DNA from: Dicyema japonicum
Taxonomy: Eukaryota > Animalia > Dicyemida
Assembly: GCA_011109175.1 (NCBI GenBank)
Contig: RDEW01000038.1
Coordinates: forward strand, 301,380 to 365,379
Direction: 5' to 3'
DNA length: 64,000 nucleotides
Below the pieces are notes generated by a model. It searched no databases. It worked only from the letters and a program-made list of their open reading frames with translations, and was not told where the DNA came from. Position 1 is the stretch's first letter, and each line of letters begins with the position of its first letter. The translations under genes and the position numbers were made by a program. Shown one piece after another: positions 35,461 through 48,879 of this stretch.

Positions 35461-35900
35461 TTCGAATCAAGTACGGTAGAAAATATGGAAGAATTATACC
35501 TTAAAAAATTTAAATGACAAAATTAAGAGACTTCAGTAATATAAAACTAACTATTTAAGAGCAATATTTTGGAAAAGTCAAGGTCTGAACAGTTTGCTAT
35601 GGAGGGGGATTATATTGGGGGTGGAATAGAGATTTTTCTTTTTTAATATACATTAAGGTGCTTTATGAGCGACTCCAGAACTTACAGGGTTGGTGAACCA
35701 TAAACACCATACTAGTAAGGGATTATAATGATCCTTGAAGAATATGTGTTTTATATATTCAAAAACAGGTAAGATTTTTGGCTGTAACTTTATTATAATT
35801 AATTTTTAAAATTCGAAAATATAAATCATGTGGAAAAATTTGAATAAATAGTAAATCAAGTAAAAAATTATTATAAATGGCGAAAAAATCTGATTTGAAA

Positions 35901-37935
35901 ATGCGAGTTTTAGGTTCTGAATTTTGTTAAATTTTAGAATTTCTATTTATTACTTTAGGTAATCGTTTTATAATATTTAGGTTTTAATAAGCACATTTTA
36001 GTAGTTGATGTATTTATAGTTTAAAATCTTAGTCACAAAAACTAATTCATAATTTAGGAGAAAAAATACAAGAAAGCTACAAGGAAACAAAAAAATGCAA
36101 TGGATGGCGTGATCAGAAACGAAAAATATACTATAAGTCTGAAAGCTTACAAATATATAATGGAACTCAACAAACCCAATATTCAGAAATAAATATAACC
36201 GGAAAAAATAGCCTTAATGGTATAATTTGAATGCTATTACCAAGATTTAAACAAATGTATCGGTTATTTTTCATCGAATGATCAGGAATTTAACAATTAT
36301 TATAGTCTAATAATACAATACCCCAACACAGAAGCAGATAAAATTGATTTCAAAATAAAAGACAATGATTATAAAAAAATGGTTCTGCGTAAAGTTTTAA
36401 TTGACGGATCAAATAGTCTAAAACACTGTAGCAAAAAAGTTACAAATATTCAAACTATATGTACTTGTAAAACTCCAGGAAGTTTTGGATTCGTAGTAAG
36501 TACCCTATTTGAATTATATTATTATTATTTAATGAATTTAGAAATATGTGACAATTTCCAATTTAAATGAAAAAATTGGAATCATGCAAAAACGATGATA
36601 GTTGTTATTCTGAAAATTCAATTGATTCTTATTTTGCCAGAATCACCAGTAAAAGTGTCAATCGTGAATTTAACATTGGAAAAAAAACAATTACAGTCCA
36701 TATAAAAAATATTAAAGGTTTAAATTTAAATATTAATACAGGTGATACAAATTTAAAGTTATCAATTATATCCGGAAAAAATACAAAAAATACAAAAAAA
36801 CAAAAAAACAAAATTTATGAAAATTTAATATATTCAACATTAATAAATTCACAAAACCAGAGAGAATCAGCCTATTTTGCATTTAGCACTAAAGCGGAAA
36901 CAAGCCATACGTTGTCATGCGTTTACTTTGATGCAGAAAAAAACGACTGGTCGACATTTGGGTGTAAAACAAGGATTGATGGTTCAACTATTCACTGTGA
37001 ATGTAATCACATGTCATTGTTTGCAATTTTAATAGTATTACTTATATTTACTTAAAGAATCCCGATATTAATAAACATATAGACAAAGATCAAATATATA
37101 CGTTATCAATGATATCTAAAATAGGACTTTTGGTTTCAGCAGTTTTCGAATATTTGGTAATTGGTTTGATATTTATATTTTGGAGGTTTTTTATTTAATC
37201 ATAAAATTTAGTAAAACAAGAAAATCGATTACTCAAATGCATTTCCTACAGTTGTGTATATCTCTTTATATGCTAAACTTTTCCTTCATTTTTGCATCAT
37301 CAAAATTCGATAACTTAACGACTTGTATAGCAAGTGGAATAATCCTTCACTATTTTCTGCTTTCTTCCTTTTGTTGGTTTGTGTCACAGCCATTTATCAT
37401 TATGCAATCATTGTCAAAGTCCTCGGAGTTAAGATGTATTTGTTAGAAAAATCGCTCCAATCTCAGCATGGCGTATAGACCTTGTATTTAACTTTAGTAT
37501 GCCCATTTATCTTCATTATTTCTGCTTTTTGCATTAATAGTAAGCCCTATCATTTAAAATCAGGAATGTTTGTTTTTCTATCACTTTTAGGTGCTGGTTA
37601 CAAGACACTGAATTATATATTTCTGTTTATTTTCCTATAATTTTTGTGATTTTGATTGACACATTTGTTTTCATCAAAATTTTATTTAGTTTTCAAAGAA
37701 AATCATTAAATAAAACAAAAATGAAAACTATTTTATTATTCTCTTTGTTTTTCTCATTCGGTAAATATTCTATCGTATTCTAGGTTTTACGTGGATTTTC
37801 GGATTTTTAACTTTATTTAAAAACAGCCTTGTATTCGTTTATCTATTTTGTATTCTCAATACTTTCCAAGGAATGCTAATTATTTTAATTAGATCCATTA
37901 ATGATCCATTCTTGAAAAGAATCTTTAAATTTTAA
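35901..37935 (+). CDS. Adhesion GPCR (GAIN/GPS + 7TM); three single-base frameshifts as assembled (error or pseudogene)
   Basis: Introns of 24, 22, 23, 25, 46, 23, 26, 25, 23 and 23 nt. GPS CVYFD...WSTFGC...HCECNHMSLFAIL; TM motifs LHYFLLSSFCWF, CWL, GFTWIFG, YLFCILNTFQG; TAA at 37933-37935. Frameshifts are needed near 36570, 37388 and 37432. Confidence 0.85.
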
Positions 37936-38479
37936 TTATTTTAAAAATTGGTTTATCTTTTTAATTTCATATAGTCAAATTTCCTTTATTTCTTGCGGAA
38001 AACGTGAATAGGATCATGAGATTGGTAACCTCAATGCTGCAAATCTATTTAACGCAATCAACGAGCATGCCTTGTCCTTCTAGAGTTAAGTCTATTTATG
38101 TTGAAATAGTATTTAACAGAGTATTAAGTACATTTAAAGCATGCTAACTAATATATTAATAGTACCAAACTTGGGAGAGGACTTGTTTCATTTTCTCATA
38201 AAAGTGAATGTATTGGTTTGGAATAAAAGTCAATCATTTTTCTCTAAAAGTCCTGTGGGTCTTTAAAACTAAGAAAACAAACATGACCACAATCGCAGGA
38301 TTCCTTTCTTTCTACAAGAGAGACAAAATACAAATTAATTAAAAATCCGAGAAATTTATTAGCATTGATAGTACTTAAATCCGTGGAGATCACAAAAACA
38401 GGAAACTCCTTAAAAACAAGATATTTGAAACCAACATCCACACGAATTTGAAACTTTGGCTTGGAAACTTCATAAATGG

Positions 38480-41275
38480 AAGACGAGAACAATTACTATG
38501 CAACAATATCAAAACAAGATCTCATCCCTCCAGGCTCCCCACTATCACCCCAACTCTTCAATCTCTACATAAATGACATGCCACAAACCTGTAATGAAAA
38601 CTACCTAATCCTCTACTATCCCGACGATATCATTCTTGTCTCCAAGGACAGAAGTATTCAATCAGCAATTGAGTCCCCTCAACAAATGTTTGATAAGCTG
38701 GAACTATGGCTCTCGAAACGTAGGCTCGACACATCAAATCCTCTGTCACGCTGTTTACCACTTACAAAAGACATCTCTATGAACCAAAAACCCTTATGAA
38801 TAACTAGGCTATTCCTATTAACACAATATCGAAGATTCTGAGAGTCACCTTTGATTAGGGACTCTCCTTTACTGAGATTGAAAATAAAGTAACTTCTGCT
38901 CTGAAGAAAATGGGAATTTTAATAAGTCCAACTAGTTGCCACTTGATAGAATAACGTCCATACTAATTGGTGTAGATTTGCATAGAGCATATAGTATCTC
39001 TTTTGAGATTTTTCTCGGCAAGAAGATTCCAGTCAGTATGCGCTGTTGGCTTCTGTAGAACGTATCTAGCCTCTCTGAATAAATTAGAGTTACTTCACTA
39101 TGGATTGGTTTTCTATAATATTTTTGACAAAGCCCATTATAAAGAGATAAAGTAACCAGCATGGGACGCGTAGCCACCACGGGACAAATTATGTGGAAAC
39201 CTGAACGCGACACATCTGATGTGGTTTAAAAACTAACCAGAAGACGCCAGAGGAACTCACTTACTATCGACGCTGAATCAACTTGTAATATTAAACAATT
39301 CCATATTCAATACATGAACCCCTTACAGAGCAAACGACAGAACGTCCTCTTTCGACCTGACTCTTGATTCCTCAAAATTTACCGTTTTAATCAATTAATT
39401 AGTATCATACGACACTACCAGTGACCATAACCCCATCTTTACGTTCAAAGGAAGATTGTCCATTAAAAAAATATTGTTATGGTCAGACTACAAAAATGCC
39501 GACTGGAGCTTGTTCTCACACTTCGTCGACTATAACTTGTATGGTTTTGATTTTAACAACATCAGCTCTCGCGATTACGCTTTACTCTACTTCAATGGTG
39601 TACTCGTGAGGGAATGAGGACTTTTATCAAAAGAAAGTCAATCCAATTCACGAAGAAGCCTTCCCGTGCATCCGACTCACGTAGGAAAGAAATTTCCTAA
39701 AAAGCCTACAGAAACAATTTTGGGAAACCAGAGCGAGGATAAGAGCCTTGGAGAGAGATCCGATAAAAGGCTAAGATGAAACAGCAAAGAGACTGGAATA
39801 ACCTTATGTACACCTTTAACAAACAGTCCTCCCTCATGAGGATGTGGAATACTCTTAGGGGCTTTACCAATTTTTTGAGACCGCCTCTTTGCGAAGACCT
39901 AAAGAACAAGAACTTTTTAAACAAGATTATAAAAGTTTACACTTCCGTGAGCATCATCCCACGTTAGAAAATTGAAAGTCCTCCCACATCTTCAATAAAA
40001 CCAAAACGCGAGGCAACCTCGAACAACCTTTCAATGGACGTCGTGCGGAAGGCTAAATTCAAACCAGAAATCGTTTTACGCAAGTGATCCAGATGGAATT
40101 CCCTCTATTGTACTTAAGAAGATACACCACCTACACCATCTTGGTCTTGATTAGAATTTACAACCTTTTCATCAGTAGGAACTCATTTCCTACTCTATGG
40201 AAATAATCCCATATTCGACCCATCTTAAAACCTGGACGGCCTCGGAATCAAAAGACCATTCGACCCATCAAACCTCGGAATCAAAAGACTATTATGTGTT
40301 CCGTTGACATACAGAAGGTATTTGACTTGATACCGAGGAAACTGCTCACTAGGAAAATTTATGGCTACAACATTCCAACAACCTGAAAATTTTTCTCAAC
40401 GGACTAAGAGGAAAAGTAATTTCCCATTCCACATCTTTAGTCACTAAATTTCTGCCGAACTGGGGCCCGCAAGGATCCCTTTCTCTCCCATTTTCCTCGA
40501 CCTTCCTAAAGCTGAGACGTTACCCTATTACCTTATTTCTTGCTCACGCCGACGACTTAATCATAAGAACAAAAGACCAGTGCATCCACACAGCGGGTAC
40601 CAGCTTACAAGATTCACTGGATAACCTGAACTGTTGGCTTACGAAGAACCAACTACACACAAGTTATTACAGTCGTGCTCTGTGATCTTTACTTTCAATA
40701 GAAGATTGACTAACACGGAGCCTTCATTGACCCTTAATGGGATAACAATCCCCTCCACAAAATCAATCGAAATATTGGGGGTCACATATGACCCACTAAT
40801 GACCTTCAGCAAATGTGAGCAACATAATCTCCTCTTCTCAAGGAAAATTAAACTTTGTAAAAACGCTAATTGGATGCTACAAGAGATGGTTCCACCCAAC
40901 AGTAGATCATCTCTACTACCAATATATACTTCCGTCAATCAGTTACTGCTGCGCGGCATGGGATACTAGTATATCCCACTCCAACCTAAAGAAAATAAAT
41001 TCCCTCCAAGAGACAGTAACAAAGACCCTACAAAGATCTTCCCCCTCGATGTTAAAACCAACTTTGTTCGAGGAACTCGTGAGGAATACGGGAGCTCTGC
41101 CAAAACCTCTAATCCTCCAAAAAGTCACTCGACCACACCGGAAGTGTGTCGGCACTCGGAAGGAACGCCGAAAAAAGATGAGGCGGCTGGTCAAGGAGGC
41201 CAGGATCACCTGAAGGCTTCTACTCTCCTTTGTTTTGTTGGTGATTTTTGGTTCTAAATAAATAAATAAAAAGTC
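38480..41275 (+). mobile_element. Two adjacent decayed Ingi/Vingi-like LINE segments (RT fragment 38480-39100; APE to 3' end 39150-41275)
   Basis: PPGSPLSPQLFNLYIND...DDI (ORF 38476..38799), DHNPI/DWS (APE end), VDIQKVFD, EILGVTYDP; ends GGATCACCTGA with a (TAAA)n tail. Confidence 0.8.
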
Positions 41276-42329
41276 GGATACATTCGGGGATCTTTGCGAC
41301 AAGAAACGACAAGGTACTTTTACCATAAGAAATCCTCGAATAGATTTCAAAAACACCCATTTGCCCCAATAGATCTACGTGAGACTAAAATTGGGAAGGA
41401 CATTCCAAATTTGATAACCACTACAGGTGATATAAAATCTTTTATTTCATCATTCCCGGACAGACGGTCTACGTTCAAGCTATATTATGTTACTACCGCT
41501 GATATGGAGAACTACATGATCAATTCAATGGTGGCTCATAGTGATCACATTCTACGGTCAGAGATTTCCGATTATGTCAGAGAACTCTTGTTAAAATTAA
41601 TTGCTTTCAGAATGCCTCATGATGGATTAAGATCCATCGCTATGTACTCAGACGCCTGACGTCCAAGATTTTTGCGAGAGCAGCGTGCAAAAAACAATTT
41701 TTAGATTAAAAAACAGTTATGCTAAAATGTCAAAGCCAGTAAAATAAGTGACCCCAGTTTATTTTAATTCCGGAACTCTCGGAGAGTTGTCTGCCAACGA
41801 TTCCACAGTTTTTCCGGAAGTGTCTCTTCCAATTTCTACAAAGGAACTTGATCCAGGTATTTTTTACTCCGCTTAGATAACTTTTGCTCATTGCTTATGG
41901 TCTAATCCTCAGAAAAAAGAGTAACAATCCATTTTATTTCATTTGAATGGAAGACATGATTTTCTGGATTGAGTTGATTTATTCTATTTTCGAAATTTAC
42001 ATGTGAAACAAGCGTATTCAGTGGTCAGAGCTAGTGATAAAATGTGCTGATATATGTCTTAGGAGGAACGGGGTTCTTTTGTAAATTAGTCTTAAGCATT
42101 CCACTTTTGAAGCCTTCTAGTTATGACTCCATCAGCATGACATGTAAACGTCATTAACGTGTCAAAGGTGACACAATGATCTGACATTTCATGAAAGGAA
42201 TGCAGAAATTTCAGAAAAATAACTCATCTTCTCCTTTTGTCTTATATCTGCACTAAAAAGGGTGAACTGGAATTTAAATGCCGATACAAATAACAGGGAT
42301 AATCAGTCATACACCAGGTTAAGGTGTGA

Positions 42330-43370
42330 TTGGATCACCTCGGCAGCTCCGGAGGGTGATCTATTAATATTATTACCCTCCTAGCTGATACTTGGCTCAC
42401 TGTAAGAGTCGGGGGAGTCTTTTCTCGCCAATTTGAGACGACTGTTTGCACTCCACAGGGAGACCCATTATCACCTATCCTTTTTGTCATATACCTTGAA
42501 GCTGCTTTACGGGAGTCAAAACCGATAATGGGTGAAAAGACAAACATTATTGCGTATGCTGACGACGAGACTTTATTTCAAACGACAAAATACCCCTCAC
42601 CTGCTTGATGGAAGAAGTACCTAGAAGACTAGCCGAATGGTTCCTAACAGTAAATCCGGACAAGACTGAGGTAACTGAACTCAAAAGGAAAGAAACAAGG
42701 ACGGAAAAGCACTAGAGCAAGTGCGAAAGGCTTGGCTCCCTCCTAGGAGACCATGAAGAATTTACAAGAAGGAAAACCCTAGCACAAACTGCCCTCTCCA
42801 GATTAAAGAACACCTGGCTCCACAAAAAGGGCCTTGACATTATAACAAAAACTCGATTATACAACTCTCTAGTGAAACCCATACTACTGTATAACGCTGG
42901 TACCTGGGCCTGCTCAAGAAATGAACTGAAGAGGCTTAATGCGTTTCATAGATACCAACTACGGCATATTATGTTCGAAAAAAGTGATACGAGGATTTCA
43001 TCTAATCTTCTTTATAAGAGGACGAAGACCTCAGAAATTTCTAATGAGATTCTGGATACACGATGGAGGCTTTTCGGCCATATTCTGCAACTGGACCTAG
43101 ATGCCCCCGCGAACGTAGCCATGGAGGATTACTTCATGTTGAAGGCACCCCGTTTCCGTGGTCGCCCAAACACGACACTGGCAGTCTTTCTCGACGAGAA
43201 ATGGGGCGGCATCTTGGAAGTGGAGAGGATCTTGACTGGTTGCGCACTGCGGCTTTGAATAGGAGGAAGTGGATGAAACTAACCAGTGATTTGCTAACTC
43301 GTGTTGCACATGCTTTGTCAAGTCCTATGACATAGCGATAAGTGCTAATAATAATAATAATAAATGTTTG
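42330..43370 (+). mobile_element. RTE-clade LINE 3' half
   Basis: PQGDPLSPILFVIYLEAALRE, AYADD, KPILLYNAGTW, RWRLFGHILQL and a (TAA)n tail. Confidence 0.9.
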
Positions 43371-44249
43371 CAATAAATATTTTCTAAAAATTATTGATTT
43401 AAATGTTTAAATTGTTGTTATAAACCATAATGGAAAGTACCCTGTGTGAATTACTTAAATCGACAGAAGAAGAATATAGAATAAATAACAAAAGTAATTT
43501 TATTTAATTAATTAGTTCCGGATTCTCACTTACTTCTGTATTACTATAAATAACTCACTGCAGGTATGATGTTCTCTTCCCGAGCATTCTCGTCCACTCA
43601 CTTGACATTATAGACAAAAATCGAGTCAATAAGTACATCTCCCCATCTGGAAGGGCGTTCTTTAAAGTAATAACTTTGTTATTTTTTGGTCTTGGGAATG
43701 TCAGGAGTTCCCTACCTGTGCCTCGAATACGCCAACTTCTGCACTTGTCCAGCATTCCATCACTTTGGTAATAAAGTCTACTGATTTTAGTGATTGAAAA
43801 AAATGAAATATTTACTGTGACAATAATATATAATGATAGTGTAAACATTGGTTAGCCACTAAACTGGCCATTGTCTGCGGAAAGTATGACGTTGTCGATG
43901 TTGACGATGCATTCATTGCACGTGAGTTGCTTAATTCTGTTGATATTTGATTTTATTTTTTGTTGTTTTGTATTATCTTTACTTTATAATGGGAAATCTT
44001 GATTTATTTAGAGGATCTGTTTTATAGGAATTACATGCCAGAAGAAATTTATCCTCGGGATTCTGAAGACATCACGTCATTACTAACAACTTAATGGACC
44101 AATGAATAGAAAAACGTTCTGTTACCCGCGTCTAAGATTGGATAATGCATTTTCACATATAATTCTGACACATGTGGAATGTTAAACTCAAAAATGGGTT
44201 CAACTCATTAATGATAAATTTATTGGTTTAATTTACTTAATGGTTATTA

Positions 44250-45000
44250 TGGTCTTTTTTAATGAGGGAAACACACTTTAGTCACACGAGCCATCTGACG
44301 TCTGTGGTCTCCCATTGTTAATACTCCCGGATATAACATAAAGAGGTTAAGAGTTTATTAAAGGGAATCGCGATTACTGAGGATTGTAAGATTTGCTTTT
44401 CTTTAGTTGCGTTTTTGCCTGTTAGTATCTCAGGAGGTGGAATCGTATCTGACTGTTAACTCAATAAACTGGGTATATGGGAAACCTGGTGTCCTGAAAG
44501 AGCTTCAGTGTTCTCCAAAAATGTTTTTACAAAGTTGAGTTTTCTTTATTAAAAAGGAAACACATAGTCCAGACCTTGTTCGAAGGCCATAGGGGAGTCA
44601 AAAGTAATTTTCAATATTTTAATCGAGTTCGTACCCTGGAAATGTTCTACAAAGAGAACAATAATATGACTAGAGTTATTCAATCTTCCATTCGGAATTA
44701 ATATGGTTGTGTATGATTTTTCAAGACTTGTTAGTAACTTTCCTTTGACCGGGATAGAAATAGACAAAGTGGGTGTCTTTTCCACAAACGCAGAAATCTG
44801 AATCCCGACTCGTGAGTAGAGGAACGGCTTTTGTGAGTAGAGGAGCGATCCACAAAATTTATATTAACCGTCATTCTTTTGCATCAACGACTCTGAGAGA
44901 AGAAAGTCGATGGTAGTCTTCTTCCAGCTGTAAAAGGCGAAGGGTCTTTTTGATAAATAGTTAATTCTGTTTAGCGACAAGTCAGAGAGTGAGAACCTCC
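44250..45000 (-). mobile_element. Decayed APE domain of a LINE
   Basis: Degenerate APE start and DRS..H..R motif; PDxS-like end motif near 44300. Confidence 0.45.
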
Positions 45001-46199
45001 AAGAGGCACTATTATATAGTATGCATAATGGTTTGTCGGTATAACTTGTACATGCAGTCTTTTACTGTCTATGAGCTTTTCATGACAATTGCCTTTAGGA
45101 CATTTAATTTTTGAAGCCCTTTCGTTAGGATTTGTTGGCGTTTTTGTGTAGATCATCGGTGTGTCGTTCCAAGATTTTAAAATTCTTTAAAGCGGTTATA
45201 GGCACACATCAGGGAAAACCTTGTAGTGACGATCCGACGTGAATAGAGTGAATATAAGCTTTGATTTTGACACCTAACAGTTGATTACATGAAAGCCAAT
45301 TGAGTAAAAAGTTAAGTTATGCATGAAATACGGTGGTCGGCTGAGAAGGATCTATTCCAAAGACGATGACAACATCGTCCACATGTTTTTGGGACCTCTA
45401 CCTACTGTTTCAATGAAAACTCTCCAACGCCGTCCGACAGGAGGATGTCGAATTAGAGTGAATATTGGTATCAAATATCTTTTTTGTAAGGTGAGTCCTC
45501 AAACGCTTTTTGAACAATAATGGAAATCGTATAGAGCCTTGGAACATTAAAGCTGTCCAAAATAAATTGAAGTAGACAAGGGCGTAATGGTAGATCTATC
45601 AATACGGAGTCATTTAAGAACTAAGGCACTTCAATGATATCTGACAATATAATTTTTTAGTTTTAGAGAAGGGGAAATAGGTGAATTCTTACAGATGTTG
45701 TTGAGAATATATTCAATGATCAATTGTATACATCTGCCGGTATCAATCTTTTCTGGTTTCAGGTGATTTGAAGGCATTCCATAGAGGTCACAGGCACGGG
45801 AGTATTTTTATGGAGCAATTGTCTTTCACATTTTTTAGCAGTGAAAAGTACAGTCCAAGGAATTGGTATTGGTCTGAATGGTAAAGTGTTGAATGGTTTC
45901 GGATATTTTTTATGTGATCGATGCATAAAATTTGATGAGGCATTAACGAGTATTTTTGTATTCTGTATAGGAGGGGGAACCCGCACTAGGTGCGTTTTTA
46001 TGCTCTCCAGAATGCTCATGAAGTCTTGTGGTCGCATTGGGTGATATGCTTTTAATTAACCCGGAACCACAAAAAGAGAATAATAGTAATCATATATACA
46101 CTAATAAGCTCCTAAGTTCAGTAAAAGCCCAGACAACCCTCTGCATGAAATACTTTAAGATACAATGCAACACAGCAAAATTACGAGCGGAAACCTTGT

Positions 46200-46315
46200 C
46201 CAATGAGGAGGGCTACAATGTACGACCGTAACCAGCGCACTCGACGACTTCCTTAATTAATTGGAAATTTTCTCCTTTCTATTACCCAGTGATCCTGGGC
46301 TAATAAAATAAATAC
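46200..46315 (+). mobile_element. LINE 3' stub
   Basis: Ends CCCAGTGATCCTGGGC-TAATAAAATAAATA, the same terminal motif as 5044-5060. Confidence 0.65.
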
Positions 46316-46559
46316 AGTAATAAGCTGAGATTTAATAGTAATACTGCACTTTACGAAGAGCCATGTTAGCTATAGATCCTCCCAGGACACACACTTTATT
46401 TGAGTAAATAACAGTTATCATAATCGTAGAGGGAGAAACAAAAAATGCTCTTCATTTCTTTTTGTTGTCCTTTATAGACGATTCGGTTCCGTAGTGAAAT
46501 GTTCAGTGATAACAGTGTCACTCGGCAAGTCAAAGCATAGATTTAAAATGGCTAATAAA

Positions 46560-46900
46560 ATTTAACTCCGAGTACCTCTGGGCCTGTTCTCCCGCTGAGA
46601 AGGCCGAGAGGTTGAAAAGGGCGAAGTATGCGGTCCTACTCAAGGATTTTTTTGTTTATTCCACTCGCTGTTTAGACGTCTGGTGGGAACCTGGGACGCT
46701 GGAATTCTTGAGTCGTCTAGAGAATCGAATTTCTGCACGAAAGGAAATCGTCGTGATCGCTACTGCTTATTTGAACGAATCTCACTCGCCATCCTGAAAG
46801 AGAATAACCACGCAGTCAGGGCAGCCTTTATATAACCGTTTACTCTCTTTATAAATTATATAAAAATTATAAATTAAAATTATTAAATTATTAATAATAA
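46560..46900 (+). mobile_element. CRE-like RLE element 3' fragment
   Basis: KRAKYA...IPLAV...LFERISLAILK..NHAV*. Confidence 0.8.
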
Positions 46901-47649
46901 TATTTCCCCAATTAAATAATTCTTTTGGAATTTTAATTGTGGTTATTTTAATGGAGTTCATTGTTAAGTTAAACCAAGAATCTTTAGATTCAATAAATGC
47001 CTTGAGAAGAAAGAAATTTGAAGAACCAGAAGCAATAATTTGTATGTCTTTAACCGTAAATTTGCAGTAATGATAGACCAAGATGAAAAGATAATTAAAG
47101 TGGATGAAGTATTACATGTTTGAAAATAAATAATTTTTAGGGAATTACATTGGAGGACATCCAGGACTCACTCCCAATCACCCAGCCCAGATATATTGTG
47201 TACTCGTTTCGAAAAACTAATGAAGACGGAAGACTGTCTTTTCCTCTTGTGGCCATTTATGCACGTCCTGAGTGTAAGATTCAATCCTTATACTAGCCTG
47301 CAGTTCGGAGCTCAACATGCTGTATGCCTCAAGTTTTCATAACTTCCTGAAAACTGCAAATTTGACCAAAGTAATTATTTTTATAATTTCAGAGTTATAA
47401 CTGCGTCTTTAATGAACTAAATGATGATTTAATATAGTTTATTATAATCCCCTATTAATCGATTAATGTTTCCTTACACAAACCCAATCTAATCATTTTA
47501 GCCATATTTGGGAAGTATTTTAGAATATATTAGCATAATTATTAGCCACGTCATACCTTTTGACAGGCTCATCAAGTTTTTTTTCAATTTCGATTGGACG
47601 AGATTAGGTCCTACGTCATCCGACACTTGATTTGTTCAAGACTTTAGGT

Positions 47650-48875
47650 TTCCAATGTTTTCAAAGAAGATGGTTTCCATTCATCATATAGTTAATCGAC
47701 AGAGTTTTCAAATGAGGACTCATTGCAGACTATATTCTTTATTTCTCTAAGGGAATCATCGAAAAGATTCATAAAAAACGTCAATTCAAAAAATCAAAAA
47801 TTTATACGGCCAAACTTTCCAACCTTAATGATGAAATTACAGAATTAATCAACAAGAAAAAATTGGACTGATGGAATAATTTCATCACAAAAATTAACCA
47901 CCGAACAAAACTAAAGAATTTTTGGGGTACTTTACGTGGATTTCAGTCGAAACAAAATAGAATGGAAACAACCCAAGCCACCAGTATTGACAATAATCAA
48001 ACATCACGCAATTTCACTCATCAGGCAGATGTCATAATGGACCACTACGCAAAAGTGAGTCACATCAATATGAACAAATGCACCCGTTCATGCAAATTGA
48101 AAAATATTCAAACTCTTTACGGATAACTGATTGAAATCAGTACTTCTGATGTCGAAAAACTCATCAAAAACGCCAAAAACTCTCCTGCCAAAGGGCTTGA
48201 TGGAATCCGCATTTAAAGCACCTGGAAATACAAGGACTCAAAACAATAACAAACATAAATTCTGTGTCTTTCGAATTCTTGCACTATGGAAAAAAATCCA
48301 AAATAATCCCAATCCTGAAGCCTAAGAAATCCGGGATCTTTCAGATCAATTTCACTACTATCTGTAGTATCGAAAATTATTGAACGTTTTGTATTGAAAC
48401 TAATATCAGAGTATCTTCCCTGATTTCTAACATGGTTTTTGTACACAATGCTCAACATCAACACATATCTCTACCCTAACTCAATATATCCCTGATGGTT
48501 TCAACAATTATAATCCTCCCAAACGGACTATTCTTGCATCGATTGACCTAACCAAGGTGTAGACAATAAATAATACAATGACCCCCTACTCTAATAGATC
48601 TATCAGAATCCTCTCTTCCGAGGGACGTCCGAGTAAACCTGGCTCGTCTACGATGTGGGCAACACCCAAATCTACCAACATACGATATACTCTGTCCTTT
48701 TTGTAACCTCCACGTGTTGACAACAAATCATTTATTTCAATGTCATGAATTGGCACAACGTTTCTCCACAATGCCAGAACTGACTGATCTATGGGAGCGA
48801 CGAACATTTTCTGCGTCCTACTTAATAGCTGTTGTCCTCTTACAAGTTAGTGAGGCTGGGGTCACTTAACTAACT
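47650..48875 (+). mobile_element. Decayed, internally deleted Ingi/Vingi-like LINE
   Basis: SISLLSVVSKIIE, ASIDLTK and RVNLARLRCGQHP; ends GCTGGGGTCACTTAA. Confidence 0.8.
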
Positions 48876-48879
48876 AACA

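Noticed and set aside
38244-38492. Minus-strand ORF ending CDCGHVC as a SWIM/MULE zinc finger
   Set aside because: The spacing does not fit CxC-xn-CxH, and there is no supporting transposase sequence or TIR.
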